Source: Octopus vulgaris
Lineage: Eukaryota
Direction: 5' to 3'
DNA: 64,000 bases
NCBI GenBank assembly: GCA_951406725.2
Contig: OX597827.1
Coordinates: 52,824,001 to 52,888,000 of the forward strand
The position numbers were made by a program, and so were the translations under genes. Under the pieces are notes generated by a model. That model was not told the DNA's origin, made no database searches, and saw only the letters and a program-made list of their open reading frames with translations. The stretch's first letter is position 1. Every line of letters begins with the position of its first letter. This document shows positions 25,361 through 36,734 of the stretch, in pieces.

Positions 25361-26208
25361 CCATAAAAACCCATGTAATCTATGTACTTTTTTCACAAAA
25401 ACAAAAATAAACTTTAGAACACCTCTCTTGTTCAATAAACACCGAGTTAAACTTGCAAAGCTGTTTATTTTCTCTTTTCGATTTTTAATGTTTATTTTAG
25501 CAGGTTACCAATCTATCAGTTTGGTTTCCCGGTTAAAATGGTAATGATAAATTTATAAGTTTGCTCAACATTTTATAAGTGTGAAAGGGATTAAAATTTC
25601 AATATTCTGTATCAAAGGTTCGACAAGAATAAGCGGAGAATCAGAGATTGAGACAAGAAGACACTTTTGACCAATCAGAATTCTGTTTTACATAATCAGC
25701 TTGATCGGTCACCTTCCTCTGTCAGCTGAGTAAAGTGTCATCCAAGCTAATATTTATTATTAATTAAACTTATTTTGCAACACTTGTGCGTATTTATCAG
25801 CTTTGTTTTTGCTGATAAGAATTATCAACAACTTTTCCTGTGATCGAGATTTGAGAAGACATACAGAAGTATGCTAAAGATTGGACATAATCTCTTGTGG
25901 GCAAGAAATGTAAAATAAAGTTTATTAAAAACAATACAAAAACTTTGTAATTTAATAGCTTTCAATGTGATAGCTGTCAAACAGAAATTATTTTTATTTA
26001 ATGAAAATTTCATAAAATCTAATCATAAGTAAGTGAAATTATGCTAAATACAACTAAATTGAAAACCTTTTTCCCCTGGCCATATTGGCAATTCTGAAAA
26101 CTTTTGGGTGCGAATTTTACACGAGCTGAAGCTTTTTTTTAACAATTTTTATCCTGAAAATCACCTGCATAAATTACACAGGTGCGCAAATTACATGGAT
26201 TTTTATGG
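25361..26208. mobile_element. Tc1/pogo-like non-autonomous element (848 bp)
   Basis: TIRs ccataaaaacccatgtaatctatgtac and rc ccataaaaatccatgtaatttgcgcac; flanks CA / TA (decayed TA TSD). Confidence 0.8.
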
Positions 26209-26535
26209 TATTCACCAGGAGAAATCCAGTGATGCTGAAGCCTAACATTTATAGCAACCTAGGCTGTTCTAAGTGCACATTGTTCATATCTATGGTATGG
26301 GTATGATGTTCTCATAACATGTTTGTTATTGTGTATCAGTATTGTTGAAGGAAACACTGAAAGATGTTTCAGTAGACTCTGTTCTTGAAGTCAGTGCAGA
26401 TTGGCCACGAAATGTCTATGTTGCAAGTGGATGATACTTGGGTGCAGAAGGTTAAATAGAATGAAAGGTGGTACCATCTGCATAGAAGTGAGCATTGTTC
26501 AAAGTGATGACAAACAAGTCATTGATGTATTAGAA

Positions 26536-26865
26536 CAGTGATTCCCAGTATGGGGGCTTGTGCTTCACTGGTAGGGCCTGGGAAAATTGTAGTGGGGTGT
26601 GGGATCTAATTTTTTTTTTTGTTAGAGGGACATGGAATTGTGAAAATTTCTTTTTCCTAGTAAATGCACAACACATATACTCAGCTAGTCAAGCCAATCC
26701 TTCCAGCCAAGCATACTGTGCAAAGAATGTTTGCTGCAGTGTAGCGCAATTCAAAAGTGATAAAATATTAAAAATAATCTTGTCTTTTTTTCAACCACTG
26801 GTGGGGCATATTTTTTTCTGGAAAGTTATAGTGGGGCCTGGGGGAAAATAGGTTGAGAAATATAG
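26536..26865. mobile_element. hAT-like MITE
   Basis: 8-bp TSD tattagaa (26528-26535) / tatcagaa (26866-26873); degenerate TIRs cagtgattccca.. / ..ggttgagaaatatag. Confidence 0.7.
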
Positions 26866-28160
26866 TATCAGAAGAAGAAATCTTGTTGCTGATCTTGAAG
26901 TAAGAGACATGAGTGGCAAAGGAAGCACAATCTGTTTATGTGTAAAGACCACTTTTCAGAATGAAATTTGACTGCTGAATGAAATATGGACAAGACTAGG
27001 GATAAGGGTTGAGACATTTGTGCCTTAAAGAGGAACAGGGCATGTGGTTTGCATGTAAGTAAGAGATGATGTGTGGAGTCCAGGTTGGATTGGAGCAATT
27101 ATAACTTGTAAGAGTTATTTTAGCCATCTAAAAAAAATGCATACAAAAATTTTTAAAGGTTAAGAAATAAATGAATAGTGAACTTTAACAATTTATTATT
27201 AAATGGTTGAACTAGTTCTTTCATAATATAATTGCTTCAGCTTCAATAGACTGTCACAAAAATCCAATAACTTGCTAGACAAGTACAACTCTGAAAGTAT
27301 CAGCCATTGATTAAAGCTACAGAAAACAGAATCAATTGCTGGCTACTTGGATTTCTGAAATCCAGAAAAGGTTAGCATTAAGCAGAGCTGTATGTTACTT
27401 ATTTATAGCTAGCTAGACCAAATTAACAAGAGTGCAATGACTTGGTCATAGCAATTGTGCTCTTGATAGTTTGGTCCATCTAACTGCATCTTGTAATGCA
27501 ACCCACCACACTATCAGCTAAGTTATTGTTGAGCTCCAGGTAAGACCTGAACAATCATACCTGTGATCAACTGGATATATTCCATCTCTCTCTATTTTTT
27601 TTTTTAATGCAGTGGATTACATGATCCAAAGTGTCATTCTATTTTAAGCTTGTAGAATGTAATTTGGGGAATTACAACCGTGTTTCGTGGTCTGCTACCA
27701 CAACAGCTCCTTTATAGGATCCAGTTAGCTCAAGAGATCATCAGGAGGAACCACGTCTGGTAGCTATTTGTAGCAAGCTAAACACTCATGGACAGCATCC
27801 CTAGTTATCTCCTCTTAGCGATCTACAACAGCAGTATTTATCATAATTCATGATGTAAAATATTTTAAGGTTGTAACATCAGAACATTAAGATATCGTTT
27901 AAATGTAACACTGTAACATGTCAGGGAATTGAAGTTCCATAATTTAGCTGTTAGTGGAAGACGAAACAAAATGTCTATTTTTTTCTTTTACCTAATGTTA
28001 AGAACTTTGAGACAAGAGAGCTTCAATGTAGTCATAAAAACTGCTAGAAGTAGTAACCAAATTTCTTTCATATCATGCCCTATCATTAAAAAAAAAGGAA
28101 AAACACACTGGATAGTGATGCAGTTTTAGATAAACTAGTCTTCTTTTTTTTTTTTTTTTT

Positions 28161-28540
28161 ACTTGTTTCAGTCATTTGACTGCGGCCATGCTGGAGCACC
28201 GCATTTAGTCAAGCAAATCGATCCCGGGACTTATTCTTTGTAAGCCCAGTACTTATTCTATCGGTCTCTTTTTGCTGAACTGCTAAGTGACGGGGACGTA
28301 AACACACCAGCATCGGTTGTCAAGCAATGCTAGGGGAACAAACACAGACACACAAATACATATATATACATATATACGACAGGCTTCTTTCAGTTTCTGT
28401 CTACCAAATCCACTCACAAGGCATTGGTCGGCCCGGGGCTATAGCAGAAGACACTTGCCCAAGATGCCACGCAGTGGGACTGAACCCGGAATCATGTGGT
28501 TGGTTAGCAAGCTACTTACCACACAACCACTCCTGCGTCT
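28161..28540 (-). mobile_element. Full-length family-A tRNA-derived SINE
   Basis: Reverse complement aligns along its length with 52534-52925. Confidence 0.9.
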
Positions 28541-29989
28541 GAATAAAAAACAAAAAAATATGTGATGGGATACTTATATCTGAAGGCCTTTGATCATGGA
28601 TTTGCTCAATCAGGGTTTATTTGGGGCTAATTAACAACAACTTTGAAAAGAAAAATCCCATATATTACACTGGAGGAAATAAACAGAATTGTAGAAAAGA
28701 AAATTAAAACAATATATTTATGTCTGACTCAAGTTATATATGTTAGCGTGTTTATTGCTTGTGTTAGTCTATACACTTCCTGGTACCATCTAATAATTGC
28801 TTCAAATTTTAGCAGGCTATAATTTTTAAGGAAAAGGGGTTAGTCAATTAAAACAACCTCAGTACCTGACTGTTACTGTTTTTGTCTTTTAATGTATGAA
28901 AGGCATAATTCACCTCAGTGGTATTTGAACTCAGAATGTAAGGCCAGAAGAAATGTTGCTAGGTATTTTATATGATGTAGTTCACCACTTTCGTACTATC
29001 TAATGATGGAAGTGGAACAAATAACCATTAGGCAGAATTCATGATCAGATTGCGAATCTAGAACTTGTGGTACCAAAAAGTATATAGCTTACCAACTCAC
29101 TTGAATCCTTTTAAATTTGCACAAACTTGGATAAAATAACAAATTTTAAGAAAGTAACAAAAGTAACACAATGACAGAAAATACAAAAGAATAAAAGTGC
29201 AGCATGCAAAAAGGCAAAGTGTGCTAAGTATTTCAGATTGCAGATTTCCCCTGTTTTTGTACAATTTTATATTTACTATCCTGTTTCCACTTGATACTTA
29301 TAACATCCCCTCTTACCTATAAAATTAAATCACTAGTCATATCCACCTGTCTATATATTTTTTCTTTCATCAACATACTGCCATTTGAAGTCCATTTAGA
29401 AGCTACTATCCACCATTATTTGATTTACTCTTTTATAAAGAGGACATCTTAGGATTACTTTGCATGGAATTTGAAGTAAAATTATAATAGTCAAGTTAAC
29501 TATCGTATGTATATATATATATAAAACACATATATTCTTAAAAATTTTGTTTTAGATAGCTAATTTATTTTAATGGCTGACTGTAAGGTTGCACCTTTCT
29601 CTAAGTGAAAAACTACCCAAAAAATTTCTAAAAGTCTGTTGAACTACTTCAAGCGAAAAAAAAAAACAAAAAAAAAACATATATTTAAGCTAATAAATAT
29701 TTGACTCCATCATAAAAATAATGCTATCAAAAGGCCCAAATTTTGATATTACTAGACCTAGTTTTCCCTGATTCAGTTGACTCATCATTATCCCATTTTT
29801 CCTTCAAGTGTAGTGTATCTAAAACTATATTATCCAATACATCCTTTTTTATGATAGTTGGATGTGATTTAAAGGAGAATTTGCTGATATTTCTAGCTGG
29901 CCAAGTGGTCATATATACAAGCTTCTTTATTTCCTAACACGGTTCAGTTTTTATTTTTTTTGTACTAATAAGTAATTTGAGTGTAATGT

Positions 29990-30150
29990 AACGTCTTTGG
30001 CGTTAGGAAGGGCATCCAGCCGTAGAAACACTGCCAGATTTGACTGGGCCTGATGAAGCCTTCTGGCTTCACAGACCCCAGTAGAACCATCCAACCCATG
30101 CTAGCATGGAAAACGGACGCTAAACGATGATGATGATGATGATGATGTAA
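29990..30150 (+). mobile_element. RTE-type 3' tail with (GAT)n
   Basis: ggcgttaggaagggcatccagccgtagaaac...catggaaaacggacgctaaacgatgatg. Confidence 0.75.
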
Positions 30151-30527
30151 TGATGATCCTACATTTTTAAAGTAATTATCAAACTAATCAAAAGGAAATT
30201 ATCTTTCCCTTCTTTTACTCTAGATTGCCATTTGTATGGATCTAGCTTGAAGCAACTGATTTATCATTATTTATGAGTAGAATCCAGAACTAGAGAACTA
30301 TTTTTAAAAAAATTTCATTTAAATCATTTTAAAATGTCTTATTTTGTTTGAAATTTGAAACTGCCTATATTGGATCTTTTTTTTCTTTTACTATTTGTCC
30401 CTTGTAGCATCATAACCATAATTACCAGCACCTTCACCACTAATCCACTCAGACTAAAACATTTCCATGCTTATATTAGTGAAAATTCAATTTCATTAAT
30501 GAAATCATTTAAAGAAACCAAACTTAC

Positions 30528-30884
30528 AAACATCTAGTATAATTCCAGGTAAATACCAAGGCCAAGAGTTAAACAATAAGGAAGTCAATACTGCAACTGT
30601 TTCTAGTAAAAACCAACACCAGTGGTCAGATTTAGAAATGGTCAGATGAAATGGAAAGTCAAGCTTACTGATAAACTCAGTGATGCACCAACAGAAGCAG
30701 AGGTCAAACCAGGGAGAAGCCAAACTTGCAGGCAATATGCCACACACCAAAATCAGAATAAGATGGATGAAGTTGAATGCAAATGAATGAATATCATATA
30801 GCAACTGAATGGCAATGAATGAACAGAATCTGATGGTTAAAGCAAAAGAATTATTCAAAGCAATCATTCTTAAGCTATACTAAC
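30528..30884 (-). CDS. Candidate in-frame exon extension (357 nt, hydrophobic) to a distal donor, or an alternative first coding exon from ATG 30867
   Basis: Same frame as the giant ORF; the only stop is TAG 30882-30880. Ends at T|GTAAGT (GT 30527-30526), phase 1, compatible with the acceptor at 24596. Non-repetitive and visibly more GC-rich than the adjacent intron. Confidence 0.55.
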
Positions 30885-30890
30885 CATCAG
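30830..30890 (-). other. RNA hairpin covering the proximal 5' splice site and the in-frame UAG
   Basis: CUGAUGGUUAG pairs with UUAACCAUCAG (11 bp incl. one G-U), followed by AGC/GCU, AAGAAU/AUUCUU and AUU/AAU, with loop GCUUUG; 23 pairs in 61 nt. Confidence 0.7.
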
Positions 30891-33800
30891 GGAGAAGAAA
30901 CACCTTCTCTGTTGTACCATCATCAACAGATTGATTGGCTGTCTTCATAGAGGTGAGCTTAGTGCTGGGCTCAGTCTCTTCAGTGGGGGTCTTGCCATGA
31001 AACATATCGTGTTCGTCACTGCATTCAACCCTGTCTGAGTCCTGGGATGGTGACTGTGATGACTCACTTCCTGGAAATCCACTGACGCTGTCATCGGATG
31101 TGGAAGTCCTAGTAAATGAAGGACTACTATCTTCCACATTGATGCTGTCTGAAGGAATTCTGGGGGCAGGTTTGAAAGAGTCTACGCTTTGCTTCTGCTT
31201 TTCCTTTGCTGTGCTGTTTCCTGTGCTATGTGGACGTTGAAGTGGAGCACTATTAAGGACAGGAGGACAGACTGCAGAAGGGCCAAGTATTGCACTAACT
31301 AAACGTTGTGATCCAATAATTAATGATGCAAAAACAGATTCACTGTCATCATTGAAATAACCTTCAAGAGCAGATGGATCTTTGTTAATCAGGTTAGAAG
31401 AATCATTATCAGCTTTCTCTACAAAGTCTAGCATTTTATTCTTAGCAGAACTAGCTAATTCATTAGACTGAGGTTTTTCAAGCTGTTTAGGAAGCTTAAA
31501 TTCTTGATTAATATCTGAAAGAGGATGATTTAAATCTTCAATTGGCACTAAGTTTTCATTTGTTTCACCTAAACTTTGAGATTCTTTTTGATACTTTGTA
31601 TCTTTCTCAGAGGGACATTGAACAGCTGGAATTTGACAAGGACTTTGGTCTGTTTTACTGGTTTCATTTTCACCATGAGGCAAATGAAATGCACTTTCTG
31701 AAGTATCAAAGCCAACCGATGGCTTCTGATTTTCAGAATTTTCTGTCATTACTTTTTCTAACAAAGATTCTCCAGTAGCCGCTTGATCTGGTTTTCCCAG
31801 GGTTTCCGACAACTTTTCAACTATATCTGAAGAGATACTATCACTAGATTTGTTAACATTGTTAAAATTTTCTACACCAAATGTGTCATTTAAAGATGCT
31901 AAAGCACTACTTTTATTAGTTAGGTTTTCAAAGTTGGCAGAAAGAACTTCTTTAGTGTTATCAAAAGTTTCAAACTCCTCATCAGAATCAAAAGGAGATT
32001 TATTCTTTAAAGTGACATCATCATCAGTCTCTATTACATTGTCAAAGTTATTTAAATCGTCAACTTCGACACTCCCACCTAACCCTGTATTTTCGTTTAC
32101 ATATTCAGGTGACTGTTCATTAGGCTTGAGTTCTTTATTTTCAGCTACTGAAAAATCTTCAGTAGTAGGGATGTCATTATTCTGTAACAACTCATCATTT
32201 TGAGAAACTTCTTCAAGATTTAAATCATGAAAAGGTTCTTTAAAAGCACTTTTATTACATTTTCTGTCAACTCTTACAGTATTTGAAATATTGGCACCAG
32301 ATGATAGTAGAACATCATCATTCAGCTCATTAGTTAAAGAGTCAGTCTCATTTTCTTCAGTTTGTGCATCAACTAAGGAATCAGTGCTTGTTGATATTTT
32401 CTGAGTCTTCTCTGAATAATCTTTCTCAACTTGAGATTTTAAAAGTATGTTATCATTTATAGCTAAAGGATCTCTATCATCTTTAATATCTTCATCAAAA
32501 TTAGAAAAGGCCCTGTCATTGACCTGCATTTCAACTGGAGATTCCAGAAGAGTATCTTTATTTTCAACTAAGGGCTCTTTATCATTTGTAAGATCTTCAG
32601 TCAAATTACTAGGGTCACTGTTTGCCAAATTTTTATCAATTTGAGATTCCAAGAGGGTACATCTATCACCTTCAACTAAGTGCTTTTTATCAAATGTAAG
32701 ATCATCAGTTAAATTACTAGGGTCACTATCTGCCAAATTTTCATCGATTTGTGCTTCCAAAAGGGTACTTTTATCACCTTCAACTAAGGGTTTTTTATCA
32801 AATGTAAGATCTTCATTTAAATTACTAGGGTCATTGTTTGCCAAATTTTCATCAATTTGAGATTCCAAAAGGGTACTTTTATCACCTTCAACTAAGGGTT
32901 TTTTATCAAATGCAAGATCATTTAGATTATTAGGGTCACTGTTTGCCAAATTTTCATCAATTTGAGATTCCAAAAGGGTACCTTTATCACCTTCAACTAA
33001 GGGTTCTTCCTCATCTGTAATATCTCCAATAAAATCATTTGGGCCACTATCTGCCAAATTTTCATCAATTTGAGATTCCAAAAGAGTACCTTTATCACCT
33101 TCAACTAAGGGTTCTTCCTCATCTGTAATATCTCCAATAAAATCATTTGGGCCACTATCTGCCAAATTTTCATCAATTTGAGATTCCAAAATGGTACTTT
33201 TATCACCTTCAACTAAGGGTTCTTCATCACCTGTAATATCTTCGGTCAAATTATTAGGGGCACTATCTACCAAATTTTCATTAATTTGAGATCCCAAAAT
33301 GGTATCTTTACCACCTGTAATACCATCAGTCAAATTACTAGGAGCACTATCGGCCAAATTTTCATTAATCTGAGATTCCGAAAGGATATTTTTATCACTT
33401 TCAACTAAGGGTTCTTTATTACTTATAAGATCATCAGTCAAATTACTAGGGACACTGCTTGCCAAATTTTCATCAATTTGAGATTCCAAAAGAGTACCTT
33501 TATCACCTTCAATTAAGGGTTCTTTATCAACTGTAAGATCATCAGTTAAATTATTGGGGACACTGTTTGCCAAATTTTCATTAATTTGTGCTTCCAAAAG
33601 GGTACCTTTATCACCTTCAACTAAGGGTTCTTCATCACCAGTAATGTCTTCAGTAAAATTACTAGGGTCACTTTTTGGCAAATTTTCATCAATTTGAGAT
33701 TCCAAAAGGGTACTTTTATCATCTTCAATTAAAGGTTCTTTATCAACTGTAAGATCACCAGATAGATTATTAGCGACACTGTTTGCCAAATTTGCATTAA

Positions 33801-36734
33801 TTAGAGATTCCAAAAGGGTGTCTTCATCACCTTTAACTAAGGGATGTTTATCACCAATAATATCCTCACTAAAATTACTAGTGGCACTGTTTACCAAGCT
33901 TTCATCAATTTGAGATTTATCACCATTATCATCTCCAACTAAGGGTTCTTTAAAACCACCAACTAAGGATTCTTCATCACCTGTAATATCTTGAGTCAAA
34001 TCACTAGGGGCACGGTTTGCTAAATTTGTATCAATCTGAGATTCCAAAAGAATGTCTTTATCACCTTTAATTAAGGGTTCTTTATCACTTTCAACTAAGA
34101 GTTCTTGTTTATCACCTGTAATATCTTCAATCAAATTATCAGGGTTACTGTTTGCCAAATTTTCATCAATCTGAGATTCTAAAAGAGAACCTTCATTACA
34201 AGCAATTGAAGGTTCTTCAGTTGATTCTCTGAGTTCATTTGAATTCATTTGAGTTCCTGAAATGACACTCTTATTAGTAGCAACTAAGGAGTTTTCAGCA
34301 TCTGCATTATTTTCTGTATCTATATCTTCCACTTCATTTTCCTTGGAAGCTGCACTAGAGGAATTCCCACTGTTCTTTAAAGTAGTCAAGTTATCCTTAA
34401 CTTCAACATCTGCAAACTCATCATACTCATCATTCAATCTGCTCTGATCACCCTGTGTGCTAGAATAAATATTTTCCACATTATCTTTTCCCATTAAATT
34501 TGTGTTGTTACTATGGCCATTTAAATTTATTTTAGGATCTGTTTTCTCAGACTCACTAATTTTCAAAGCTAAATCTATATCTTCATAATCTCTATCAGTA
34601 CTTAGCTCTTCTCTATTAGTATCTATTGACAGACCTTTTAATTCTTCAAGAATTTTAGAATTTAAATCATTTAAATCATTTAAATCATTGTCTTCTAAGC
34701 TAAATTCAGGAATATTCCCAGTATCGTAATCTAGAGGGGGATTTTCCTTTGTAGCTCCCAAATTTTCCTTTTCTGAAACAGTGCCCTGACCATCTTTTAA
34801 TTTATCTTCTAAAGCTAGATCAGTGTCTTTTATGCTTGTTTCTGTATATAATTCTTTGGTTACATTTTCGTCTGATTCTTCCTTGACTGCCAAGGAAATA
34901 CGACCATTCCCAAAATCATTATCAGAATGAAGTTTCTCACCATTTTCAGAAGAATAAGTATTGCCTTTTATAATCATTGCTTCAGCTTGGAGATCTTCAT
35001 CGAAACAAGTTTCATCCTTTGGGGAAGTTGCCAAATTTGTGAGGTCACAGTTGTCACTAGGGCTGAGAGGTAAAGAATCCATACCTTCTTCACTTCTTAA
35101 ATCATCCCCTTTACCAAGATCTTCATAGCATGATGTCACAATACTTTCCCCAATACCACTGTCTTCACATAAATTTGGACTTGAAGTTATTGAATCAGAT
35201 GTCATTTCATTTTCTAGCTTTTCAAACTTTCCAAGCATAAGTAACTCTTTGTCCTTTTGTGTGGACAATTCTTCATTATCATCAAGGATCTTATGACTGT
35301 CATCTTTATTGATACATAAAGATGCATCATAAGGTTCCATATGCTTATCTTCCATGTCTATTCCAGATTCAGAAAGTGATAATTTATTCAAATTAATGTC
35401 TTTTGATGAGGAATCAATGACATTTGGTAAATTATTTCCATTCTCTTTAGAGTTCTTGTCCATTTCAATTGAATCCAACATGGCATCAGGATCATCAATT
35501 TCACATTGTTCTGGATGATCGATATTCTTAGAAACATTTAAGTTTTCACTATTCTTTGCCTCCAAATTTTCTTTGTAATCAAACTTCTTTTCAGGCAATT
35601 CATCATCAAATTGCATGAGTTCATCTTCATTGGATAAAGCATCTGTAAATTCAAGATCCTCATCATCTTCATCATCATCATCATCATCATTTCTCATCAC
35701 CACATTGGAAACATCTAAAACTTCACTGGCATTAAGGCCAGCATGTTTAATATTGTCTTCTGACATCTTTGAATAACTGGTATCTGTAGGAAATTCTGAT
35801 TCACGCTTTAAGCCAACTTCTTCCAAACTACTTGAACAGTTATCAAAATTTTTCATATCTACCTCATTTTCCTGAAAATCATTTTCAAAAATTGCATTAG
35901 AAAACTCATTGGAATTATCAACCATTTCATCAGTGATAAACTCTTTCTGGTTGTTCAAGTCATCTGGCATCAAGTTCTGACCTTCATTTTCAAAGAAATC
36001 ATCACTAACTGCTGTATTACCATTTTTCTCCACATTAGAAACATCTAAAACTTCACTGGCATTTAGGCCAGCATGTTTAATATTGTCTTCTGGCATCTTT
36101 GAATAACTTGTATCTGTAGAAAACTCTGACTCATGCTTTAAGCCAACTTCTTCCAAACCACTTGAACAGTTATCGAAATTTTTCATATCTACTTCACTGT
36201 CTTGAAGATCATTATCAACTATTGAATGAGAAAACTCATTGGAATTATCCACCATTTTATCAGTGATAAACTCTTTCTGGTTGTTCAAGTCATCTTTCTG
36301 GTTGCTCAAGTCATCTTTCAGCTCTTCTTCATTTTCATAGAACTCACTCACTGCTGTATTACCATTTTCTTCAATATTTCGGTCATTAGATTGATTGGGA
36401 GAATAGCCAAGATTATTAGTCTTTGATAGAAATGGATCAGAATTATCCATTAAATCTTGTTTGTTAAACTTAGGCGCAAGTGGTGGAGAACAGGCAATTT
36501 TAGTTTTTGTTTCAAAGGGGTTTATATTTAGGTTACCATCTGAGTTGGGAGGAGAGCCTCCTAGTTTGTCTCGAGAAACAAATGGGTTCATCTCGTCCAA
36601 AAAGTCCAAATTATATTGCCCTCTTGGTAAAATAGGAGAATCATTCTCTTCAGGTGGTTTTGGTTTCTTCACAACTTTTTTCTTTTTCTTAGTTTGTTGA
36701 ATAGACTTCTTGGAAATCATTTTATATTTTCTGT
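30885..36734 (-). CDS. TACC: Giant (5850 nt) coding exon of an acidic, repeat-rich, probably TACC-family protein
   Basis: 1965-codon ORF (30880-36777). Acceptor (T-rich)TACAG| with AG at 36736-36735; donor GATG|GTTAGT after 30885. Both ends phase 1, in frame with the exon at 24596. Near its start: basic KKKKKVVKKPKPP, then PILPRGQYNLDFLDEMNPF...GSPP, NINPFETKTKIACSPP and SDPFLSKT..GYSP, resembling the KGSYxFD..DD..NPF..SP motifs of TACC proteins. Exon confidence is high; the TACC name rests on these motifs only (about 0.6). Confidence 0.85.
32430..34220 (-). repeat. Coding tandem repeat, 108-bp (36-aa) unit, about 17 copies
   Basis: Unit KEPLVEGDKGTLLESQIDENLANSDPSNLTDDLTFD; DNA period 108 (gggttcttcctc at 33001 and 33109). 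Confidence 0.95.
35701..36370 (-). repeat. Coding tandem duplication, about 330 bp (110 aa) x2
   Basis: cacatt(a/g)gaaacatctaaaacttcactggc at 35701 and 36031; NGNTAVS...DDLNNQKEFITD...HAGLNASEVLDVSNV occurs twice. Confidence 0.95.

Larger units (their letters stand above)
24800..27100 (-). mobile_element. Decayed CR1/L2/Jockey-type LINE RT interrupted by two MITEs
   Basis: Minus-strand YINDLFVITLNNAHFYADGT (26470-26535, RT YADD motif) and MLGFSI...HILNLAKT, which continues across the 25361-26208 insertion. Confidence 0.65.

Noticed and set aside
30898-30910. Alternative donor AAG|GTGTTT near the end of the giant ORF
   Set aside because: Phase 0, incompatible with the phase-1 acceptor at 24596, and a weak consensus.
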